NCBI GenBank assembly: GCA_002269645.1
Contig: NIVC01001608.1
Span: forward strand, 124,001-188,000
DNA length: 64,000 bases
Origin: Macrostomum lignano
Lineage: Eukaryota
Direction of reading: 5' to 3'
The notes under the pieces are model-generated. The model was not told where the DNA came from, did no database searches, and was given only the letters and a program-made list of their open reading frames with translations. The position numbers were made by a program, and so were the translations under genes. This document shows, piece after piece, positions 52,627 to 61,285 of the stretch (its first letter is position 1; the number at the start of each line of letters is the position of its first letter).

Positions 52627-53790
52627 GGCAGGATGAGATGTAGCTGGATGAGAGCAGATTTTCTAGCATTCCTGATTAAGCAATCAGAGCATCTTTGAAT
52701 ATTCAGGATGCTTGTTAGGCTTCTGCTGGCTTCATCAAAGTCGTCTTTAAACGTGCAACGGTGAGCGTAACGGAGGAACTGAGCTTTCAATATAACCTTG
52801 AATGTTTGCTTTGGTTGAAATGACTCCGGATGCAAGAGCTGGCGTGAATCGGTGGGTTTGAAGTAGATCGAGCACGAAAGTCTCTTTGTGTTGTTGACTT
52901 CGTCAGTCAGACTGACACGGCAGTCCAGGAAGTGAAGCTTCTCTCTGCTGTATTGCACCGTGAGTGGGACGGATTTCCAGGCAGACATAAAGATGTTGGC
53001 GTAGGATGGCGCAAAGGCCTTTTCCATGCATGTGCCTTTGACTTGAAGATAGCGCGCGTCGTTGAAAACCAAAATCAATTTCGTTGAAGTTAATGTCCAG
53101 GTGCACAAGTAGATGGTTATCTGGCCTTGAGGTTTGCGGAACTTTTTGAAAGGCATCTCTAATGACGTCCGTCCCCTTATCAGTGGGAATATTGGTGTAC
53201 AGGGATTCAACATCCATTGTAACCAGAAAGGCATTTTCGTCTTAGTCAAAAATCAAATGATTGACAGCAGCTTGGAAAGTGGTCCGTGTCTCGGATGAAG
53301 GAGTCTTGTAGGAAGAGATCGATAAATTTGGCTCTTACGTAACTTTCCGAGCTGCAGTCCGAGACGAGATAAAAAATTGCGAGTATTGAAAAATGGTTTT
53401 AATAATGGCACTGGTCTGGGTGCTCATTGCGAAGTCAAGAGGTTGGTAGAAGGTTCCTGTTGGAGAGCTTCATGATGACTATATTGCTGGCCTTGTCGGC
53501 AGGTTTAATGACGATGCTGCTGTTGCCTCGAAGAGTCTTCAGTGCCATTCTCTGCTGCTCCTGAAGGCTTGGCATGTTGAGTATGATTCTTGGAATACTG
53601 ATCTTGTCTAGGATTTCAAAAAAGTCCCCGTGAGAGCGCCACTTGTCCAAGTTGATGTTGGGGATTGAAGCTCGTCCAGAGTAAGGGGTGTTGACAAAGT
53701 TCTTGCCCAATTCTATAATTTCGGTTTCGCAGTCAAAGAGACGATAATTCGATAAATTCAAGACTTGGCTGCGTGGTCGCATTCCTTGCC
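52627..53790 (-). mobile_element. Decayed Penelope-like element reverse transcriptase fragment
   Basis: Frameshifted pieces: VIKPADKASNIVIM, SFIRDTDHF, MDVESLYTNIP, QVKGTCM..AFAPSYANIFM, LHFLD, IYFKPTDSRQLLHPES..P...KAQFLRY. These match the PLE RT motif order. The YxDD segment is deleted and no GIY-YIG domain is seen. Confidence 0.8.
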
Positions 53791-54202
53791 ATAGACAATA
53801 TTGAAGACTTTCAAGACGGATCGGTCAGATAGTGTGACACGTGACCCTTCCGGTTGAGATTCTGGGCATGTCGGCTCAATTTGTCTACAGTGTTTCGGAT
53901 GCTGCCTGTTGCCATGACATCCCCCGCTGAGTCAAGTGTGTAAATATTTGCCTTCTGAAAAGGCCTTGCGACAATGATTACCGATTTTTGTTAGCTGCTT
54001 GTCGAGGACACCTTCGAATAGTCTCTGCAGGTCATGACAGCCGGCAGGGCAGCCGGACCAATCCCAGCCAGCCCAGGCCGTCTCTCTCGCAGCTCCCCAC
54101 CGGGCTTAAAAGCTAACCTGCAGCAGCTGTGTCCAGCGCCCCAGCGGACCTCATCGAACCCTGAAACGCAGCAGCTTCCTCCAAGTCAAGCGTCGAGAAA
54201 CA

Positions 54203-54567
54203 ATGAACGCCACTCCGGTTCTCAATGGCAGCGCGCCTGTCGGCGTGGGCGCCACATCTCTTGGCGCCACCGTCCTGGTCTCGGCGCTGTACCTGGCCAT
54301 CATGCTGGTGGGACTGTTCGGCAACAGCCTGGTCATCGTCACCATCCTGATGGACAAGAGGATGCGCGCCTCGGTGACAAATTTGTACATCCTCAACCTG
54401 GCCTGCTCCGACCTGCTGTCGTTGCTGCTGGCTCTGGCGGAAATCGGCTTCCGGTTGGCCTCGCAGCACTGGTTCCTCGGGCTGGCCGCCTGCAAGCTGC
54501 TGCGCTTCATCATGACCGCTGCGTTTTATACGTCGGTAATCACCTTGACAACCGTGTGCGTTGAGCG
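54203..54567 (+). CDS. Exon 1 (N-terminus to TM3) of a class A neuropeptide-type GPCR; remaining exons not found in the window
   Basis: MNAT/NGS glycosylation sites, GLFGNSLV, MRASVTNLYILNLACSDLL, WFLGLAACK, TTVCVER ending at CG|GTGAGT (phase-2 intron inside the E/DRY motif). Confidence 0.85.
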
Positions 54568-54614
54568 GTGAGTGCAAGCCGGATTATACGGGAGCGAATG
54601 GCGGGGGGTTTTTG

Positions 54615-55905
54615 AGTGTCAGGTGTGTCAGGTATGCTTTAATGTGTGTGTCAGGTATGCTTTAATGTGTGTGTCAGTTGTGCTTTAATATGTGTGTCAG
54701 GTGTGGTTTAATATGTGTGTCAGGTATGCTTTAATGTGTGTGTCAGGCGTGTCACGTATGCTTTAATGTGTGTGTCAGGTGTGCTTTAATGTGTGTGTCA
54801 GGTGTGTCAGGTATGCTTTAATGTGTGTCAGGCGTGTCAGGTATGCTTTAATGTGTGTGTCAGTTGTGCTTTAATATGTGTGTCAGTTGTGCTTTAATAT
54901 GTGTGTCAGGTGTGGTTTAATATGTGTGTCAGGTGTGCTTTAATGTGTGTGTCAGTTGTGCTTTAATATGTGTGTCAGTTGTGCTTTAATGTGTGTGTCA
55001 GGTGTGCTTTAATGTGTGTGTCAGTTGTGCTTTAATATGTGTGTCAGTTGTGCTTTAATATGTGTGTCAGGTGTGCTTTAATATGTGTGTCAGGTGTGCT
55101 TTAATGTGTGTGTCAGTTGTGCTTTAATATGTGTGTCAGTTGTGCTTTAATGTGTGTGTCAGTTATGCTTTAATTTGTGTGTCAGTTGTGCTTTAATATG
55201 TGTCAGTTGTGCTTTAATATGTGTGTCAGGTGTGCTTTAATGTGTGTGTCAGTTATGCTTTAATATGTGTGTCAGTTGTGCTTTAATATGTTTGTCAGGT
55301 GTGCTTTAATATGTGTGTCAGGTGTGTTTTAATGTGTGTGTCAGGTATGCTTTAATGTGTGTGTCAGGCGTGTCAGGTGTGCTTTAATGTGTGTGTCAGG
55401 TATGCTTTAATGTGTGTGTCAGGCGTGTCAGGTATGCTTTAATGTGTGTGTCAGGTGTGCTTTAATGTGTGTGTCAGGTGTGTCAGGTATGCTTTAATGT
55501 GTGTGTCAGGCGTGTCAGGTATGCTTTAATGTGTGTGTCAGTTGTGCTTTAATATGTGTGTCAGTTGTGCTTTAATATGTGTGTCAGGTGTGCTTTAATA
55601 TGTGTGTCAGGTGTGCTTTAATGTGTGTGTCAGTTGTGCTTTAATGTGTGTGTCAGGTATGCTTTAAAATGTGTGTCAGGTGTGTGCCATACTGTGTGTC
55701 AGGTATGCCATACTGTGTGTCAGGTATGCCGTACTGTGTGTCAGGTGTGTGCCATACTGTGTGTCAGGTATGCCATACTGTGTGTCAGGTGTGTGCCATA
55801 CTGTGTGTCAGGTATGCCATACTGTGTGTCAGGTGTGCCATACTGTGTGTCAGGTGTGCCATACTGTGTGTCAGGTATGCCATACTGTGTGTCAGGTGTG
55901 CCTTA
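54615..55905. repeat. TG-rich minisatellite (GTGTGTCAGGTATGCTTTAAT grading to GTGTGTCAGGTATGCCATACT) in the GPCR intron
   Basis: Directly visible. Confidence 0.95.
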
Positions 55906-56660
55906 CTATGCTTACAATTCGAGATGATGTATTACAGACATAACAATGTGCCAAGTTAGTGTCACTATGCATAGCGCTATGCGAAGCAGCTGATGCACAC
56001 ACTCGGGGACCCGACCGCAATCTGCGGCAGTACAAGTCACTGCCCAGCTGTCATGGTCCCGCCATCCTACACTCAGACCAGCAGTTTTGTAAACTTCTGT
56101 CTGCCTACTGCTAGAGAGAGTCCGGAGGGCCGACGGGAGCTCGACCAGATGCAAGGGACAGGTCTCTCGTTGCTGGGGACTTTTTTTTACATTTTTTACC
56201 TTCACTGGCTGTAGAGTTTGCCCTGAGAGGAGAGGGAATGATGGCGAAGGAGGGAGGGAGGGAACGTAAGGGACGGAAATGGCTAATCCTTCCTCTTTCA
56301 GGGTTTCGTCTTCGAGTTTGCATTTATGGTTACTGGGGACAGGGGAAGCTGCGATGAGGCCCAGCTGCCTCTCTCCTCCCTGCCGCTGTTGCTTGTGCGC
56401 GAGAAAGATCAATAGTAGCAGCATTCTGGGGGGGGGGGTTCTGCAGACAATCGCTTTCTAAGCAGAGCTCCACTTGCTGGGAGTTGCCACTGCGCGTTGC
56501 TTTCAGCCTTGCCGACACTTTGGTAGGCGGTTCGGGTTGCCCGCTCCGGCACATGCAGCCTTCGCTACTCTGTGAAAATCGGACTGAGAAACTGCTGCGA
56601 GAGAGCGCAAGTATGCTCTGGTCTGAATCAAATCAAGAGAAATGCACTGCTCAAGAAAGC

Positions 56661-57458
56661 CTGAATCCGAATCTGAATCTGAATCCGAATCTGAATCTGA
56701 ATCTGAATCTGAATCCGAATTTGAATCCGAATCTGAATCTGAATCCGAATCTGAATCTGAATCTAAATCTGAATCCGAATCCGAATCTGAATCTGAATCT
56801 AAATCTGAATCCGAATCTGAATCCGAATCTGAATCCGAATCTGAATCCGAATCCGAATCTGAATCTGAATCCGAATCCAAATCCGATTCTGAATCCGAAT
56901 CCGAATCTGAATCCGAATCTGAATCCGAATCCGAATCTGAATCCGAATCCAAATCCGAATCCGAATCCGAATCTGAATCCGAATCTAAATCCGAATTCGA
57001 ATCCAAATCCGATTCTGAATCCGAATCCGAATCTGAATCCGAATCCGAATCTGAATCTAAATCTGAATCCGAATCCGAATCTGAATCTGAATCTAAATCT
57101 GAATCCGAATCTGAATCCGAATCTGAATCCGAATCTGAATCCGAATCCGAATCTGAATCTGAATCCGAATCCAAATCCGATTCTGAATCCGAATCCGAAT
57201 CTGAATCCGAATCTGAATCCGAATCCGAATCTGAATCCGAATCCGAATCCAAATCCGAATCCGAATCTGAATCCGAATCCGAATCCGAATCTGAATCTGA
57301 ATCTGAATCCGAATCTGAATCCGAATCTGAATCTGAATCCGAATCTGAATCTGAATCCGAATCTGAATCTGAATCCGAATCCGAATCCGAATCTGAATCT
57401 GAATCTGAATCCGAATCTGAATCCGAATCCAAATCCGAATCCGAATCTGAATCCGAAT
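56661..57458. repeat. (GAATCT/GAATCC)n hexamer satellite
   Basis: Directly visible; DSDS/ESES/NPNL ORFs are artefacts. Confidence 0.97.
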
Positions 57459-57926
57459 TAAAGGTTCCATAAAGCCGAGCACAATTGTGCAAACCGCCAG
57501 CTAGCTGCTAATCTCCCTAATCCCAGTCAGCAAGTCATTAATATTTGTGCACGTAAGCGCAAGCTGCATCAGTTGACGGACAGCTCATCGGGAGCAATCA
57601 GCGCAGCTATACGAGTATTCATTCGGGTTAGTGGTACATTTTGGTCCGGTATCGAGTGAGCAAATCCTGACCTGCATGCCAATTAGCCTGGGGCAGCTCT
57701 GGCTCTCGTCTCTGTGCCAGCCAGCCTTCTTCCTCAAGTTGTTATCCGACGCGATCGATGCGACTTATTTTCGGGAGTTGTTGACTGAGTAGCTTCTCAC
57801 ATTGAGTAGCTGCTGACTGCCCGAGATATGGGAGCTCAGATTTGGAAAAGGATCATGGAAGACATTACCGGTGGCCAAAATCTGTGCCAGAAAGGAGGTG
57901 TAAAAATAAGTTTGCGTGAAAGAATC

Positions 57927-58062
57927 AGTGTCAGAGGTGATAGAATGAGTGTCAGAGGTGATAGAATGAGTGTCAGAGGTGATAGAATGAGTGTCAGAGG
58001 TGATAGAATGAGTGTCAGAGGTGATAGAATGAGTGTCAGAGGTGATAGAATGAGTGTCAGAG
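57927..58062. repeat. 21-bp minisatellite (AGTGTCAGAGGTGATAGAATG) truncated by the LTR
   Basis: Array stops mid-unit at the LTR terminus. Confidence 0.93.
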
Positions 58063-59027
58063 TGTTGTATCCCCCTTCCTCGCTGGCACGGCCGGGTTGG
58101 GCGACGGGTAGCGGTGTCGGGGTTCGGGTACTGGACTGCCCAGGGCTTACGAGCTCGATCGGCGACCCCGAGGCGTACGGACACTTCGGGGGGAGGTCAA
58201 GGTTGAGAAGTCGAGAGAGAGGGGAGGGGCGGCTGTGGGCGGGCGGCCACTCGACAGCCTGGTGAGTCAAGGAAGAGAGAGAGGGCTGCGGGCGGTCGGC
58301 CACTCGACAGCCTGGTGAGTCAAGGAAAAGAGAGAGGGCTGTGGGCGGGCGGCCACTCGACAGCCTGGTGAGTCAAGGAAGAGAGAGAGGGCTGCGGGCG
58401 GTCGGCCACTCGACAGCCTGGTGAGTCAGACTGAGGAGAGAGTGAGAGAGAGAGAGATCAGGAGAGCGACCCGAGGAACACAGGCAATTGTCTCGACAGC
58501 TTACCGGGCCGGGTCGATTATAGCACTCATACACGGGAAGGCCGATCGATTGCAATAAATTGAGTCTTCGCAGTAAGAGACCGTCTCTACGGTTGATCGC
58601 TGGTCACGTTCGTTTATTTATCGCGGTGGGCGCAAATGGGCGCAGGCACGGTGAGAAAAGGGGCGGGGTCTGAGCGTCGCCTTAAATAACGAGTAAAAAG
58701 GGGCAGGGGCGCAAACAAGGGGGGGGAGAAAGGGCTTAAACAATGGAGCTGATTGACAGCTGATTGGCTGCGGCGAGGGAGGGTGGAAGCGCGCACGGCC
58801 AGGGAGAGGGAGAGAGAGCAGAGGCCCAGCCAATCAGCACGGCTAGCCAAAGGGCTAAACAGCCAAGGCGAGAGAGAGAGAGAAAGAGAGCAGAGGCTCA
58901 GCCAAAGGGCTCATAGCTCCAGACTGGCTTGAGCCGGGGGGGGGGGGGTAACAATAATCAACTACCAAAGTCAACAACTATCAAAGTGCACTTGCACCAG
59001 GGGAGCACTGTGACACAGGTCACAACA
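58063..59027 (-). repeat. 3' LTR of the Gypsy element (~965 bp)
   Basis: Starts TGTTGT immediately after the PPT and ends ACAACA (6-bp inverted termini). Internal ~65-bp direct repeats at 58240-58430; ATAAATAAA at 58621-58613. The second LTR is not in the window, so the distal boundary is inferred. Confidence 0.75.
58551..58594 (-). promoter_or_regulatory. Spliced-leader exon-like sequence embedded in the LTR (not an SL RNA gene)
   Basis: Minus strand reads AACCGTAGAGACGGTCTCTTACTGCGAAGACTCAATTTATTGCA then ATCG. It differs at one position from the Macrostomum SL as I recall it (CCGTAAAGACGGTCTCTTACTGCGAAGACTCAATTTATTGCATG) and lacks the final TG. No adjacent GT donor or Sm site. Confidence 0.75.
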
Positions 59028-59123
59028 CCCTCCCCCCTAAAAAAAAGAAAACGACGCGCTTTGACTAAATGAAAATGAAAAAAAATGTAATGAAATGAAA
59101 CTGAATGAAAGAGACCAAGAGTG

Positions 59124-59867
59124 TCAGGCAGCGGCCGAGAGCGCAGGACAGGGGCCGAGGATGTCGGACAGGCCGAGAACACCGGGCACGGCCGAGAATG
59201 CCGGACTGTGGCCGAAAACGCCGGGCATGGCCGAGAATGCCGGACAGCGACCAAGAATGCCGGGCAGCGGCCGAGGACGCCTGGCATGGCCGAGAATGCC
59301 GGACAGCGGCCGAGAATGCCGGGCAGCGGCCGAGAATGCCGGGCAACGACCGAGAATGCCGGGCAGCGGCCGAGAATGCCGGGCAGCGACCGAGAACGCC
59401 GGGCATGGCCGAGAGTGCCGGACAGCGGCCGAGAATGCCGGGCAGCGGCCGAGAATGCCGAGCTCTTCTTCCTCTGACTGCGTGATTTCACAGCAGCTCT
59501 GAGCAGTCTCCTCGCCGCCGCAACCACCACGCTCGCTTCCTTCCGACTCCCTGTCCTCGTCTGACTCTTCTGTTTCGTCTTCAATCGTTACGACAAACTC
59601 CTCCGGGACGCACATCCCATCCGGCGGGACAAAATACCGGGCGCACTCGAGCGGGTTGCTAACGGCATCCTGCCCGAACCGGTCGTACAGCGCTCGTCGA
59701 AACGGACACAGCAGGACCGCACTCGCATGCTGCAGCCTCTGGAAATTCTCCGTTCCACCGGGTCCACACTTGTCGGGGTGCCGTCGCAGGCTCTCACGGC
59801 GGTACGCACGTCGCAGCTCCTCCTCCGTCGCGAAGGGGCTGACACCAAACTCGGCGTAGAGGTCCAT
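59124..59867 (-). CDS. J-domain (DnaJ/Hsp40-type) accessory ORF inside the Gypsy element, 247 aa: J-domain, acidic region, repeat-encoded tail
   Basis: ATG at 59867. DLYAEFGVSPFATEEELRRAYRRESLRRHPDKCGPGGTENFQRLQHASAVLLCPFRRALYDRFG matches the four-helix J-domain consensus with an intact HPD. Intronless; lies between integrase and the PPT. Confidence 0.85.
   Translation of the reverse strand: MDLYAEFGVSPFATEEELRRAYRRESLRRHPDKCGPGGTENFQRLQHASAVLLCPFRRALYDRFGQDAVSNPLECARYFVPPDGMCVPEEFVVTIEDETEESDEDRESEGSERGGCGGEETAQSCCEITQSEEEELGILGRCPAFSAAVRHSRPCPAFSVAARHSRPLPGILGRCPAFSAAARHSRPLSGILGHARRPRPLPGILGRCPAFSAMPGVFGHSPAFSAVPGVLGLSDILGPCPALSAAA
59150..59462. repeat. GC-rich ~20-bp tandem repeat (CCGAGAATGCCGGGCAGCGG) forming the 3' end of the J-domain ORF
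   Basis: Directly visible. Confidence 0.9.
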
Positions 59868-60084
59868 GCCCGGAAAGCAGTGCCTGCAACAACCACGACT
59901 CACTTTTGAGAGCAGGGCAATGGTTCCTTCGAGCCTCTTTGGGGCGCCGATCCTTCATCCCTGATGGCAGGGTTGGGCAGGTGGGACCTCCACTGACGGG
60001 CCTTAAGAGGGGAAATATATATTTTTGTTTGTGAAGCAGAGGCAATAACACGAGCCCAGTTTTCAATAACGCGGGTGATGACGC

Positions 60085-60306
60085 AGACGATGCTTCGAAC
60101 CAAATGTTGATGACGCAGGTGATGACGCGGATGATGCTTCGAACCAATTATTTATGACACAGGAGATGACGCGGATGATGCTTCGAGCCAATTATTTATG
60201 ACGCAGGAGATGACGCGAATGATGCTTCGAACCACTTATTTATGACGCAGGAGATGACGCGGATGATGCTTCGAACCAATTATTTATGACGCAGGAGATG
60301 ACGCGA
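60085..60306. repeat. ~44-bp tandem repeat (TGATGCTTCGAACCAATTATTTATGACGCAGGAGATGACGCGGA) between pol and the J-domain ORF
   Basis: About five copies, directly visible. Confidence 0.9.
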
Positions 60307-60332
60307 CATTGCGCACGCACTCACGTCCGCTC

Positions 60333-61285
60333 TTAATAATAAACGGGCGTTCCATAACGCTGCGGAACCCTTCGATCCCTCTGGGGTCGACCTTCGATGA
60401 CTTCAACTGGCGCTTCCGGCTGCGGCTGCACTCCTGGCTGCTGCACATCCATTGGTTCTCCCTCCTCTCGAACCCGCCCGGAATGTCGCCACCATCGCTC
60501 CTCATCCTCATCGTCCGATTCCTGCGAGTCCTCCCTGACGGATTCCGTCTCTTGAGCAGGACCTGGGTGGTACCTCCTTGGTGCAGGACGCCGAGGGCCA
60601 CCGGTGCCGTCGACCGGGTACTTCCGGTACCGAGGCAGGAGGTTGTTAAAGTGCACCACCTTGATCGGCTTCCGTCGACCTTCCTGTCGAATCCTATAGC
60701 GCGTCTCCGACAGCTTCTCGAGAACTACGGCAGGTCCGGTCCAGGGTGAGTGGAGCTTCGCTTTGGCACCGGCCTTCAACACGGGGTTGTAGACGAACAC
60801 CTCGTCGCCAGCCACGAATTCTCGACCCTTCACCTTCCGGTCGTACCAGTCTTTCTGCACTCGTTGATATGACGTTATTCTCTCACGCACCACCCGATGG
60901 GCTTCCACGAGCGTCTCCCGCAGGTTCTGGACTTCCTCGCAGTACGGTTCGATGTCCAGTGGGCGCGCCACTCCCAAGTCAACTGGCAGAGACATCTCGC
61001 GACCATGCAGAAGGAAGAAGGGTGAGTAGCCGGTGCCGCGGTGCACACTGGAGCGATACGCCATGAGCGCCGGGGCAACGAATTCGTCCCACCGCCTCTG
61101 ATCCGGCTCCTTCACCAGGTGCGCCCGGATCACTGCAGTCAGCGTCTTATTGAAGCTTTCCACTTGGCCGTTTCCAGAGGGGTGATAGGCGGTCGTACGC
61201 GTCTTTCGGATATTCAGACTTTCGCACAGCTGGCCGATCAATTGCGACTCGAAATTGGCTCCCTGATCCGAGTGGATTGTCCTGG
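60333..61285 (-). CDS. Gypsy integrase, C-terminal part (second D and E of DDE, GPY/F module), frameshifted relative to upstream pol
   Basis: RTIHSDQGANFES, KTRTTAYHPSGNGQVESFN, WDEFV..ALMAYRSSVH..TGYSPF, KLHSPWTGP. No chromodomain seen. Confidence 0.92.

Noticed and set aside
56503-57492. Ser-Asp dipeptide ORF resembling staphylococcal SD-repeat adhesins or dentin phosphoprotein
   Set aside because: All six frames are open because it is a hexamer satellite; there is no signal peptide or flanking domain.
57865-57930. AGAAAGGAGG|TGTAAAA, resembling a PPT and LTR start of a second, plus-strand element
   Set aside because: No upstream integrase sequence and no matching LTR end could be identified.
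58551-58594. Interpretation as a genuine SL RNA gene
   Set aside because: Lacks the terminal ATG|GT donor, the intron stem-loops and the Sm-binding site; kept instead as an SL-like insert in the LTR.
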